Shown here: piece after piece, positions 35,871 to 49,170 of the stretch
Layout: the number at the start of each line of letters is the position of its first letter
Position numbering within the stretch: the stretch's first letter is position 1
Assembly (NCBI RefSeq): GCF_018350175.1
Contig: NC_058368.1
Coordinates: 22,012,001 to 22,076,000, forward strand
Source: Felis catus
Taxonomy: Eukaryota
Direction of reading: 5' to 3'
Length of the DNA: 64,000 bases
Notes under the pieces: generated by a model
Databases searched by the model: none
Seen by the model: only the letters and a program-made list of their open reading frames with translations
Told to the model about the DNA's origin: nothing
Program-made: the position numbers and the translations under genes

Positions 35871-36114
35871 TTAGTTAACTTTCTCCTCCAGTTTTTATAT
35901 GTAAATAAAAATAAATGTACTCATTAAACATAAACAACCCTGAAACCAATAAGGTAAAATTAACAATAATTTAGTTCAATAAATAGCACTAAATTGCCAA
36001 TAAAACAATCATAAAAATATGTATTTGTGTGTTTTGTATTTTACATGTTAGAGTCTTGATTTTTTTTTTAACATGACAAATCAGTTTTTGTGTCAATTAT
36101 TGTTACTGCTGACA

Positions 36115-37357
36115 GTATGTTTATTTATTTTTGAGAGAGAGAGAGACAGAGCATGATCAGGGGAGGGGCCGAGAGAGAGGGAGACACAGAATCCGAAGCA
36201 GGCTCCAGTCTCCGAGCTGTCAGCACAGAGCCCGATGCAAGGCTCGAACCCACAAACTGCGAGATCATGACCTGAGCTGAAGTCAGACACTCAACCGACT
36301 GAGCCAGTCAGGCACCCTGACAGTAAACACTTTTTTAACCACCAGTGTGTTATTTTGATGAACTAATCAGTTTAATATTGTGCCTTTAAAAAGTCTGTAA
36401 CTAGTTATAAGACTTATGGCTAGTGAAGTAGATATGTATCAAAGATGGAATCTAAGTCTTAACAATACTCAATAATGTGAATGTGACTACTAAGGTAGAG
36501 GAGGTATTGGAATTCTGCATAGTTACACTACCACATATAGTAATAACTTTTCCCACCATGTTTTTGTATTTGAATTACTGTAGAATCATTGCTTATTTTG
36601 TGAACCATGATGTCATTTGACCGTAACTTGATCTATATGTATCATTTACATTTTTAACTTTTCCTCTCTGCTTTTCTCAATAGCTGATACAACTCCATGG
36701 CAGTACATTATTTATAGGTTGTTAAAGTCTCTATCTAATAATAAACAATTAAAATCTCATTCTATGGAACTTTTTTCAATTGTGAATTAACAATGTAAAA
36801 TAGAAGTTTTGATTTTGTATCAGGTAAACTAATCCAACATTTTGACATTGGAACTCTCTAATATAATGGTAGTTGTATATGCTTAAAAGTACATTACAAG
36901 TTAAATTAGAAGTTAACTTGAGGGACACCTGGGTGGCTCAGTTGGTTAAGCATCTAACTCTTGATTTTTAGCTCAGGTCATCATCTCACAGTTCTTGAGA
37001 TTGAGCCCTGCATCAGGCAGTGTAGAGCCTGCTTGGGATTCTCTCTCCCCCTCTCTCTCTCCTCCTCCCCAGCTTGCTCTCTCTCTCTCTCTGTCTCTCT
37101 CAATAAGTAAACATAAGAAATTAAAAAGAAGCTAACTGAGAAAAATTGATTTTTTATTTTTTAAAGTTTATTTATTTTGGGGGAGAGAGAGAAAAGAATG
37201 AGCAGGGGAGGGGCAGAGAGTGAGGGAGAGAGAGAATCTCAAGTAGGATCCATGTGGAGCCCAACACTGAACTCAAACTCACAAACCACTGTGAGATCAT
37301 GACCTGAGCTGAAAACAAGTGTTGGACGCTTAACCTATTGAGCCACTCAGGCGCTCC
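36115..37357. mobile_element. Can-SINEs: 36115-36317 (-), 36922-37127 (+), 37150-37357 (-)
   Basis: Canonical SINE bodies; the last two are tail-to-tail. Confidence 0.86.
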
Positions 37358-37869
37358 TGCAAAGAATTATTTAAACTTCACTTATTAGTTTTATTGTTAG
37401 AAATTTGATAATGTTATTTTGAATCTATGTTAGGTATATTGAAAGATAACCACATCATTATGTTAATGTGTTTTGAACTAAGATTTTTATGTAAGAGAAG
37501 ACAAATATAAAATTTAAAAAGTAGAGTTGAAACTCTGTAATGTTAGATATAAACTAATGATATTTTTTAAAACATATTTCCTAACTTTGATCACTGAAGG
37601 ATCTAGAAGCAGTGACATCCTGGTAGCAATGAGTATGCCTGGTACCCAAACTTCACTAAAAACACTGGAGCTCCCTGGAGAAATGGCTCATTCCAGATCT
37701 GTGACAGAGTAAATACAAAGTGAGGCTGGGACATTCTGGTGAACTAGAAAGCCATAAAAATTTGAGGAGTAATGGAATTGTATCAAAAGTATGCAGGAAG
37801 TATCTTGAAGTGGCTTCCACTGGACATATTTGGGGAAATTTGCACACTTATTATAAATACCTCTTCTAT

Positions 37870-38370
37870 ATGATTGCATATCCCCTAGGGTTCACTGGTC
37901 TCAGTTCAGCTCTGTGCAAACTCTAGTGTAGGTGGAACCATACATGGCTCTATTTCCTGCTGTTCTGCAAGCCCCTGGCTTTTTGCAGTGTCCACAGGGA
38001 AGACTCACACATATGCACGCTGGAGGTACAGAGGAGTTAAACTCAAGTGTATGGCAGTTAATGCTCTTTTGGGAAAGCCTTTCTTTAATCAATGGAAAAT
38101 GAAGCCAGTGAATAAATTTTATTCTTTCTCTTTTCTTCTCATACCTTAGCAGTGGTCCTGAAATGTGCTTATATGGCTCTTAAGAGGTTCAGTCTGACAA
38201 ATTAAATAGGTGGCCAGCTTGATGATGCATATTGTCATAATTGGCTCTCCCTCCTTTATTTTATTCCTCTTGTCCCTCACTCCTGCTTATTATGATTGGA
38301 TTACTTTTAAAACTAATATTACATAAGGCTTTTTCTTCAGACTCTTCTTTTTTGGGAAACCAAGCTAGAA
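37870..38370 (+). mobile_element. ERVL LTR remnant (LTR16-like)
   Basis: gcatatcccctagg start, ggagttaa...ccagtgaataaat interior and tttgggaaaccaagctagaa end resemble the LTR16 family. Confidence 0.5.
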
Positions 38371-38899
38371 GGATGGCATCAAAAAAACTAATGCATGTAA
38401 TTTATTGAAGCACTGAATATGTAAAGATTTATGAACGATTTTGAATGATATTCAAAAGAAGAGAAAGACTTACCTCACCAAAAACAATCTTTTATTTGCA
38501 ACCATTGGAAGTGAAGGTTACCAGCTTTTTACTCTCAGAATTGGTAATTAAAGGAAGAGAATTAAGCCATTATCATTCTTTTTCAATTAGAAATATAGTT
38601 GAGGAGAAGCTCTTTCCTACAAAACAGTGCCAGCCAATATAGCAGAAAGGAGAACAGAATTTTTTAAATGACCAGTTTTCAACCCCTGATGAAATGTTTG
38701 ATTTAGGTTAGGGTCATCAGTGAAGACAAATTCTTGCAGAAAGTGTTAGTGGAGAACTGTATATTACTGCATGCGTGTTACAAATGATCACTCTATACCT
38801 TGTTAGCTAGTTAAAAAGGACAGAAAGTCTTTTCAACAAATAAATTTGCTATTATTACCTTAACTCATAGTAGTACCTTAATTATTACTTAAGATTTTA

Positions 38900-39121
38900 T
38901 TTATTTTTTTTTCAACGTTTATTTATTTTTTTTTTTGGGACAGAGAGAGACAGAGCATGAATGGGGGAGGGGCAGAGAGAGAGGGAGACACAGAATCGGA
39001 AACAGGCTCCAGGCTCTGAGCCATCAGCCCAGAGCCCGACACGGGGCTCGAACTGACGGACCGCGAGATCGTGACCTGGTTGAAGTCGGACGCTTAACGG
39101 ACTGCGCCACCCAGGCGCCCC
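38900..39121 (-). mobile_element. Young SINEC_Fc-type Can-SINE
   Basis: CpGs intact; TSD attacttaagatttta (38884, 39122). Confidence 0.93.
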
Positions 39122-39539
39122 ATTACTTAAGATTTTAAAGCCGTATTGTATTTTCCTGGTTTTTTGCATGCCTAGTAATTTTTGACTGGGTGCCAGACAT
39201 AAATTGTATGCTGTGTGCTACATGTCTAAAAATTCCCTTAAATATTTTGAATCTACTCTAGGATGCAGTTAATTTATTTGGAAAGAATTTTAATCTTTCA
39301 GAATTTACCTACTTGTAAGCTCTATAAGGAAGCACCAGAACAACTTTTAATCTAGAGCAAATTTGGTCTCACTGCCAAGGCAGTATCCTTCAGAATATTC
39401 AACCCAACTTTCCATATATTATGAGATTTCTTCATTCTGGCTGTTGGGAACAGGAACTATTTCCAGCCCTGTGTGAATACTGGGAATTCTTCAGCCTGAT
39501 TCTTTCCATTGGTTCATCTCTTGGCCTTGGAGAGTTTTT

Positions 39540-39768
39540 TTTTTTTTTTTTTTAATTTTTTTTTCAATGTTTATTTATTTTGGGGACAGAGAGAGACAGA
39601 GCATGAACGGGGGAGGGGCAGAGAGAGAGAGGGAGACACAGAATCGGAAACAGGCTCCAGGCTCTGAGCCATCAGCCCAGAGCCCGACGCGGGGCTCGAA
39701 CTCCCGGACCTGAGATCGTGACCTGGCTGAAGTCGGACGCTTAACCGACTGCGCCACCCAGGCGCCCC
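39540..39768 (-). mobile_element. Young SINEC_Fc-type Can-SINE inserted in an old L1 3' UTR remnant (~39160-40140)
   Basis: CpGs intact, long pure T tail, TSD ccttggagagttttt (39525, 39769). Confidence 0.92.
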
Positions 39769-40221
39769 CCTTGGAGAGTTTTCTCACAGACGTGCTAATC
39801 AGTTCTCAGATGAAGATCTGAAGAGAATTCTCTGCAGATCTCTGGGACTGTCTTTGCAACTCTCTCCTCTCTGGTATTCTGCCCTGTGATTTTAGGCACA
39901 TTGGCCTTCTTGAATTCTCAACCCTTGTCTCTTTAACTCAGGGAGACTGCCATGCTCTGTTTGGGTTCCTCTTCCTGTTCTGCTGCCTGGGGCTATTACC
40001 TTGTTTGTTTCCCTTCTCTCAGGGATTACTGGGCTGAGCTGCCTGGTGTCCAGTGTCTAAAAACCATTGGTTTATATATTTTGCCCAGTTTTTAAGTTAT
40101 GTAAGACAAGAGTAAATTCAGTCCCTGTTACTTCATCATATCCTGAAACAAAAGTCACTGTAATTGTACTTTTTAATTACTCTGTTCAAATAATTTTTAG
40201 ATGACTGTACTTTAAGAAAAA

Positions 40222-41987
40222 TTTTTTAAACTTTTATTTTTGAGAGAGAGAGAGAGACAGAGTGCAATCAGGAGAGGGACAGAGAGAGAGGGAGACACAG
40301 AATCTGAAGCAGGTTCCAGGCTCTGAGCTATCAGCATGGAGCCTGATGCAGGGTTCAAACTCATGAACCACGAGATCATGATCTGAGTCCAAGTCAGACA
40401 CTTAACCTATTGAGTCACCCAGGCAACCTAGAAGAATGTGCTTAAAATTTTTTTCAAGTATTAATAGGATTAGTTAAAGAATATTTGCTTATCTGTTAAA
40501 AATTTTTTTAAATAACTTACTTTTATCATCTTGTTTTCAGAGAATGAAGTTGTACCATTTTTCCTTTGGAAATTTACTGCCTTTTTTTGTGACTTAATAT
40601 ATGGCCACTTTTTGTGATTTCTTTGTGTGCATTTTAAAAAGGTGTTTGGTAGGAATCAAATGTAAACATATATAATCATATGTAGTCAGTCTTACTATAT
40701 ACTTTAAATACCTTGTCTTTATTTTGTGCCTTAGAATCATAGATTGATATAATGTCTCTCAGTGCTAAAATGACTTAAAAAAATTTTACCTCGTAGTTAT
40801 TCTAAGCACCATCCTTACAAATTCTGAATATCTTCAGGTATACCAGAACTTTCTGAGTATAATCTTGGACTCAGGAAGATACAAGGCACTTAATACCCTT
40901 TAGTGATAATATCCATTTAACACTTTATTTATTTTTATTTTTTAGAGAGAGAGTGCAAGTGGGGGGGGGGAGAGAGAGAGAATCTTAAGCAGGTACTGTG
41001 CTCAGCATGGAGGCTGACACAGGGCTCGATCCCAAGACCCTGGGATCATGACCTCAACTGAAATTAAGAGTTGGACGCTCAAATGACTGAGCCACGCAGG
41101 CACCCCTCCATTTAACATTTTTTAAAAGTAGGGAATAAAACTCTATGTTTTACAAAACTACAAATTAAAGGAATAATTGACAGACTAATTTCTAGTCATC
41201 TTTGGTGCCTATTTCTTAGGTGTTAAGAACCAAATTACATTATAATATACTTAAGTTTAAAAGTCTACTTTAAATGAACCACCTTAAGAAATACATATTT
41301 TAGAATACAAATATATGTATATTTGGGTATATTTATTAAACATGATATATAGATTAAGAAATAAAGCCAAGCTTTATTTGCTTTTTTCTTAAGGGTAATA
41401 AACAATTTAATCTATTTACAGATTTAAAAAAAATTTTAATAATTTTTTAAAAATGTTTATTTATTTATTTTTGGCAGGGGGAGGGGTAGAGAGATGGGGA
41501 GAGCAAGAATCCCAAGCATGCTCCACACTCTCAGTGCAGAGACTGCCACGGGGCTTAATCCGAAGAACCGTGAGATCATGACCTGAGCTGAAATCGAGTT
41601 GGATGCTTAAGTGACCGAGGCACCCAAGTGTCCCTGTAGATTTTTGCTTTGCACTTTATTTAAGCTCATATTCTTAGGGATGCTTTAGTTCTGCAGAGAC
41701 TAAGATTAAAATACAGTTGGTCTACTGACTATTGTCAGTTCTGTAATTGAGAGGTCTGTCATCAGAAGAGGAGCCCTAGGGGTACCTGGGTGTCTCAGTC
41801 GGTTGAGTGTTCAACCCGACTTCAGCTCAGGTCATGATTTCATGGTTTGTGAGTTTGAGCCCCGTGTGAGGCTCTGAGTTCTCAGCATAACCTGTTTCTG
41901 ATTCTGTGTCTCCCTCTCTCTCTGCCCCACCCTCCCCCACCAAAATAAATAAACACTAAAAATAAAATAAAAATAAAATAAAAAAAG
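40222..41987. mobile_element. Can-SINEs: 40222-40428 (-), 40924-41106 (-), 41425-41635 (-), 41779-41987 (+)
   Basis: Canonical SINE bodies. Confidence 0.86.
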
Positions 41988-43019
41988 AAGAGGAGCCCGA
42001 GAATTTTGATTGGAAATATACACTGGGAGACAGAACCTGAAAGTCTTTGGGACTGAGGAACTAGAAGGGAAAACTCCAAAGCAGGCCCTGACTGGCATTC
42101 TCTCAAGGCCAGCATGTATTCCAAGCTGAGTACATTGCCTCTTTAATTCCAAAGAATCCTACAAATGTTGTCTAAGCCTGTCACCAGCCATTCCACTCAG
42201 TTTTCTACTTCATTCTTCATTCTCAATTTTTCAGAGAGATCCATAATTTTAAGGTATTTTACATTATAAATCTACATGTGTAATAATGAAAAAGTGGTAT
42301 TATAATAGTCTTTAGCCTTATAAATTCTCATTGAAGAGATATTAATCATCCTGAGCAGTGTTTGTGTATGTATATATGGAGGGACGGAGGCTTCTAAACA
42401 AAGTAATTGTATTTGGTTTACACGTAAGTAGTATAAGCTGTTCTACTTAATATTTTCAGGGTCTATATGTTTCTGTGTTCTTTGTAATTTTCCCTTTTGT
42501 AACTACAAATGTTGTTTCTAAGTTTCAAAATATGCCATATTTTAAAATACAGTAAACTTCCACAAAATTACACTTAAAATTAAATTATGAATACTAATTC
42601 TAAAATCTTCCTTGCTTTTTAAAATCTGAAGATTAAATTCATAATACTTGAGTATTTCCTTGCTACATTTTTATTATGATTAGGAATCAGCATCTTCCCT
42701 GAGAAGCTAACATATTAACAGATGAATCTGTTATTATCACTGTCAACACACCTTTGTTAGAAACATTTTTAAACAGCATTGTCAGGCCAGTTTAATCTGT
42801 GGACAGAACCCCATACATGAACGACTATAGGACTTTAAAGGGAAAAGATGGGATGAGAAAAATATTTTGTTTATCCCTAGACTGTTTTGGGAGGAGGGAG
42901 CAAGATTTAAATTTGCCTCAGCTTTAATTGCTTTACACACATTCTTGTGACGCACAGTTGGGAGGGAGGAAGAAAAAGAGGGAGCTGTTACTGTGTGGTA
43001 TGTATCTAAAAGAGTGCAT

Positions 43020-43151
43020 TTGAAAGGGAGAGGAGAAAGCAGAAGCAAGCTGGTCTGACCAGAAACAGAACTGCCTGTGACAGATTAAGAGACAAGCGAG
43101 GCTTGGAATCTGAGAGCAAGCAAAGAGAGTGGAAATTTACAGCTGCCCTGT
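43020..43151 (+). other. CAB39L: Candidate alternative (internal) first exon of CAB39L, non-CpG promoter; start approximate
   Basis: Unique purine-rich sequence ending in donor TGT|GTGAGT at 43151/43152, with no good upstream acceptor. Resembles a human CAB39L 5'UTR as I recall it. Sits in the longest SINE-free interval of the window. Confidence 0.62.
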
Positions 43152-44582
43152 GTGAGTGTTCAAGTGATCATTTTCTGCTAACGTTTTCCGGTGGTAACTG
43201 TTACTCTTCAAAGAGAGAGAGAGAAAGTCAAGACGGGATTGTGGAAACTCTTTTCTCTGCAACGCTCTGGTAATAGGAGGCACCCTCTATTAAATGGAAG
43301 ATAAAGCTACTTCATGTAAAGTGCTTTGAGCCCAAGAGAGAGCTGTCTTCAGCACCTCACCATGTGTCTACTTTTTGTTGCTTAGACAAGCCTGGACATT
43401 TCTGTAACATTTGGTGAGTATCAGCCAGGTTATCTATACTAGTTCATAGAAATGGAATTAATATGGTAAACTTTAGTTTTAGTAAAGGTTTTACAGTTAC
43501 TGCTTATACATTCATTTTAAATTGTGTTGTTACCTTATTTCTTTGTGCATGATGAACTGCTGTTACTAGGAGAGGTTTAAAAAAACAGCAACTACAAAAC
43601 AATACTTCTCTGTTGCCTAAGGCACTTGAACCATTACCAACTATTCTGTGTCCATGGAATATCTTATTTTGGAAATGGGTTTTTATTTACAGAGGGTTAC
43701 CAAAAATAAAATAGTGGCAGTATACTACTTTTCATGTTTCTTTTTCAACTGCATAAAAATTCAGGAGTTACCTCTTTCTGTGTATTGTCACTAAATTTAA
43801 AATTATCAATGTGATGTTTGGTATCTTCAATTATTATAAATTACACCCTTCTCTCATAATCCCAGTGGAAGTGTTAATGATACCATTATTTACAAGGACA
43901 TACAATTTAAATATTGAATGCTTCTGTTAGATCCAATAAGTGACACATGATTTTTTCCCCAAATTCTGTAATGAATGTAAAAATTAGACAACGTACATAT
44001 CAAATTTACCATTTGATACAAAATGGATGCACATGGATTTCAAATTAAGGATTAAAACAGTTATTTTCTTATAGCTGATACCAAGCTCTCACATAATATT
44101 TTTGTTCTGCTGAAGAACTGTTATAGCCAAATGCATATATGTATACAAGCAATACAGCAGAAAAAAGAAAAATAAACTCATAAAATATGTATTCACACTC
44201 CAAGAAAAACTTTAATTGTACAACCTTAACATAGGAGATTGTATACTCATTTTTTATATGTCTTTTTAAAGGCATCAGTGGAAGACACGTAATCATTCTT
44301 CTGTGGGAGGAAGGAAATATACATTGTTAGCTGCTAAAGTGAGTCATTGCATAGAGGTGCACCATTCTAGGCAAAGTTTCTAATTTCCTCTCTGCCGGCA
44401 TCAAAAAATATGTCCTTAGTGATTCAAGTGAGTCCTTTAAGGCAGAACAACTTAGCTGAAATGAAAACTTCAATAGAGTGTCAGTAAACATATCAAAAGG
44501 GTTTATACCCTAGACATAATATATAAAGTGGTGCATTTCCTCTATGTGTGCAGAAGCCTGTAGAACAGGTTTTGTTTTGTGG

Positions 44583-44584
44583 TT

Positions 44585-44636
<52 letters not shown>

Positions 44637-44637
44637 T
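44583..44637. repeat. (TTTC)13 tetranucleotide microsatellite
   Basis: Perfect run, not associated with a SINE. Confidence 0.95.
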
Positions 44638-47600
44638 AATGCCTTTGACCTATGTATAAGAAGAAACTCAGCTGATCTTTGGAAACCTTTTCTGGACCAG
44701 TATCTTGCACTTAAAGTCAAAAGTAAATAAAATAAAGATAATATCACAAACCAACTTTTCTTCTTTACTGAAGTTCCCATACTCGGTCCTTCTTAGACCA
44801 GTGGAAGGTTTGCATACAGCTTCACAATTGTCAGAATAATTTTTTATTTTAAGCTAGTAAGTCACTGGTATTACCTTGGTGGTGGCACCATTTCTTAAGC
44901 CCATAGGAATGTAAATATAACAATAAAGATTAAGTCATTCTCAGTTTACAAATATTTTGTACTTCAGAAGTTTATTGTGAATGGGTTGTTGGGAATTTGG
45001 GACCCATCTTCCCTGGAAAATAATTCAATAAATGATTGACTTTTATTATAACCTGAGAACATATTACAGTCACAGTATAGAAAAACCATTGCCACCCTGA
45101 AAAATACTAGAAAAGCAAGTCTAGTAATGAAACTAAATGTAAAAACAATTCTATTGAATAAGACATTATTTTTATTTATCTTAGATATTAATGTTTGAAG
45201 AAAAGCAAATTTAATGAGATGAATGGGTTTTGGGAAAGATGCTTATAAATAGGATTTCTAGGTACTTTTGAGAGCTTCCATGGTTGATTGCATTCCCTTT
45301 ATGAGACCTTATCCCATGTTAAGATTAGTGATTTTTGTTTCCCTTGCCATAGGCATATTTCTAGCCATTGCTTTTACCCTTATTACCCATTTCTAGAGTC
45401 TAGCTCAGTGGCACATAAGTAGATACCTAATAAATAGTTACTAGATGAGGCCTAAACTTTTTCTTTGGTTCACAGAAATGGAACTGATGAATTTTTCCAA
45501 GATACCCAAAAAAGGAAAGGGGTTTAGGGGCGCATGGGTTTCATTATGAGAGAGATATGGCCTGATAAGAATCATTGAATTGTGAGACACAAAGCAATAT
45601 TAGTACAGAATAGGCCTAACTATTCTGAGAAAAAGGGAAGACCTTGGTATAACTTAGTGGCAGCCCTGAATGAGTAGGGATGGTGATGGGGGAGGCAGTT
45701 TACAAGCTTGGTATCTCGAGTACATGGGACATTCTAAGGTAAGGTGTCACCTTTATGTATTTGCATAAGTGTACCAGGACTCATGAAGAAATGTGGCCTA
45801 TTAGGAAAACTCAAATTAGGTCTATCTAAATTAAGTTTAGTGACACTGGTCCTAAGAGTTTCTCTAAAGTGCTGTAGTACGAAATTTAAAAGTTGGCAAT
45901 GTAATAAACACATATAATGAAATAAACAACACGGTGAATGTAGATTGCACTTAGATGACTTTCAGTGGCAGAACAACTTTTCCATTTGATCAAGAAATAC
46001 TTTCTTTGTTCTATTTCAAAAACTATAAACCTTGTCTTAATAATAACAATATCTAACCAAAACTTGATGATGTTATGTATAATATGTATGTGCTTACAGG
46101 AAAGACTAAAAAAAAGTCAATTTTGAGTTTCCCTTGATAATTCTGTTGTAAAGAATAACCATTTGTGAATTTCAGTGAGATCTGATGCTTTGAATACAGG
46201 TACTAGTTTTTGAGAATACGGACCTAGCTTCAGACCTCTGCTATAAGTTGAGATTATGAAATTCTAATATAATATTCTCATTCATTGACAGTCATTAATC
46301 AGTAATAAATGTAGAAAATTTTAGCTCTGACAAATGCCTGGATCTGTCAACAGAAACATCGCTATAAACCTAATGAATGAAGTTACTGGTTGTTTTTCCT
46401 GGAATAGTAGTCTAGTAGGTTATTATTTGTAATAACAAATACATCAGCTGTTGTGTGTCTTCCTACCTTCATATACTAATTGTGTTTTTAAAATTATTTC
46501 ACTGGTTACAGTACACTAGAATTAAGGAACAGTTCTCAAGGACATGGGTTTCTCTTAAAAAAGAGTTTTTATTCTGATGCAAGTCTGACCAAGGCTTCCA
46601 GATGAATGAGGATGCATAAGAAACTTCTCACAAGTTTTCCATTTCTGTGTAAATTGTCCAGTTTTAGAAAAGCTGTCTCCTAAACTCTGTTAATAAAACT
46701 TAAAAAAACAAAATCATTCTTAGTCATTTTGAACTGAGAAAAAGAATGATCAAAGTCCTTATTTATACTCTATTGCCTACAGTTTCACTCATTTCTATAG
46801 GTTTTCAAGTGAAAAATTTAATTGTAGTGCCTAATTACATTTAACATATGTATTTTAAAATAGAATCATTAAAGAAGCCATTGATTGGAAAACACTTTGA
46901 CATATATCATATGCTCTATAATGGATTTGGTGTCATAATATGCATAACTAGAATGATATGCTTTGTAATTTATTATCTTTGTGAAGGCACTTCTAAATTA
47001 TGACTTTGTCAGTGGGGGGAAAGGGGACTACTTGGATATGACAAATACAGCAGAACCATTGGGAATACTTAAAAATTTTTTAAATATACATTAAATCAAA
47101 TTTACCCATTTAAAGAGAACAGTTCAATGAATATTGACAGATGTATATACTCATGTATATACATTAAAAAAAATGAATCTTACTAGCCCAATTATCTGCC
47201 ATAGATGCACTTTGATCATATCATGTCTGTGAGTTCTATTTGCAATACAGATAAAAGAATGCTCATTACTGAACTTTTGTGGTTTTTTTTTTAAATGTGG
47301 GGCTAAGTTTGTTTTATTTTTTTTTAGTTTAAGAGAAGGTAATTATGCCTTAAGTTTAAATTAGCAAGCTCTAAGAAGGAATTTTGGAAATGTTCCTCTC
47401 TCACTCATTGTTGATTGTAAAATAAACATGTGAAAGGAAAGAAGGCTCATTTTTGAGTTGGCTTTCTTTCAGTGAATAATTTAAATTAAATAAAATGATT
47501 TAAAAATAGAATTAGTACATGAAGTTAGGAAGATATATAACCACTAAGTTAGAAGTTTGGTTACTTTTTATGTTTTTATCTATGGAAATCTTGAGATTTT

Positions 47601-48935
47601 TCTTGGCTTCAGAGATGAATTTCTCACTTCCTTAAACTTTTACGGGAAACCTTTGAACTATTTTTGAACAGTATAATTGGAGGTTAAACATAAAGGCCTG
47701 GAAATGCTCATTAGCCCCTACAGATAGACATTTATTCCCCTTTAAATATTTTAAGGAATAAAAAACAAGGAAATTCAATGTCCCAAATGACCTTTTCTCC
47801 TAGCTTCCTCTTCTCATTCCCCTATAAACACTCCTCTCCGCTTATATCACTGAACACGTTCAGATGACTCACTCGAGTGATTGACTCGGGGCCACCTTTA
47901 ACAACACTCACATGTAAGTTAGGGATATGAAGCATTTTACCATGTATCAGAAAAGGGAATGCTGCCAAAATCTACTACAAAATCTACAGGGCCTGAGTTC
48001 TCTGGGAGTAGAGCTGAGTAATTTTTTTTGGCTTTCTCTCCAGAATCTGAGCCAAGTTCTACTCTTTATGAAAATTTCATAGCCAAAGTAACAGAAATCA
48101 TATTTGTTTGACTAATGCTTTGAAAAGACATGGTGACCAGATATTCCACAGTTTGAACTTTAAAACACAGTTAGTTGTTCAGTTATTGAAAAACATCATT
48201 TACGAGAAGATGTTTCCATTATAAGAGCATTTGCATGGCCTGTTAAACAAAGTTTGGGAAAAAAACCCAAAATCTGAAGGAAAAAGAAAATTTAGCATAC
48301 ATAAACCGACTACCCAGAAACCATCACCATTAACTTTTGTAAATTATTTTTTCTATGTGTATGTTTTGTGTATTTGTGTTTTGTTTGCTTTTAAACAGTT
48401 CCATAATATGGAATGCTGTTTTTAACATTTCCATTTTATTTCACATTCTTTGCAAACATTTTCATAGCCATACAATGTACTGCATTTCATCAAATCTAAG
48501 AAGCCATTGGTTATAAGTCATATACTTTATATACCATTAAAAAAGAAGGAAAACAACCTACTATTTAGGGTAAAGTTTCCTCAGTTGTAAAAAACACCTC
48601 AATTTCAGAGATGTTAAAATGTTTTTAATAATGTCTCAGAGAAAACCCTTAGTTTTTCTTGCTAACATAGGTTTCCAGAAACAGAAGTAAATCAGAGGTT
48701 GTGAACATTTAAGAGTTCTAGATCCATACTGCCAAATTACTGTCCAAGTAATATTCCCATCAGTGTGACCCGAAGGGGAATGGGATCAGGGAGATGTACC
48801 AAGGGGGTTGTTTAAGTTGTTTTGTATTTTTTAAGCTGGGTGGTAAATATACAGGAACTGGTTACATTGTTTTCTATTTCTTCTTCTATATGCCCCAAAT
48901 ATTTTATCTAAACCAAATTAAAATATCTAAGGTAA

Positions 48936-49170
48936 GGGGCATCTGGGTGAATCAGTTGGTTAAGCCTCCAACTCTTGATTTTGGCTCAGTTCATTATCTT
49001 ATGGTTTGTGAGTCTGAACCCCGCATCGGGCCCTGCATGAAAGTGTGGAACCTGCTTGGGATTCTTTCTCTCTCCCTCTCTTTCTGTCTCTCTCTGCCGC
49101 TCCCGTGTTTTCTCTGTCTCTCAAAATAAATAAAATAAACTCAACAAAATTATTAAAAAAAATAAATAAG
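48936..49170 (+). mobile_element. Can-SINE
   Basis: ggggcatctgggtgaatcag head, A-rich tail and TSD-like atatctaagg. Confidence 0.87.
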
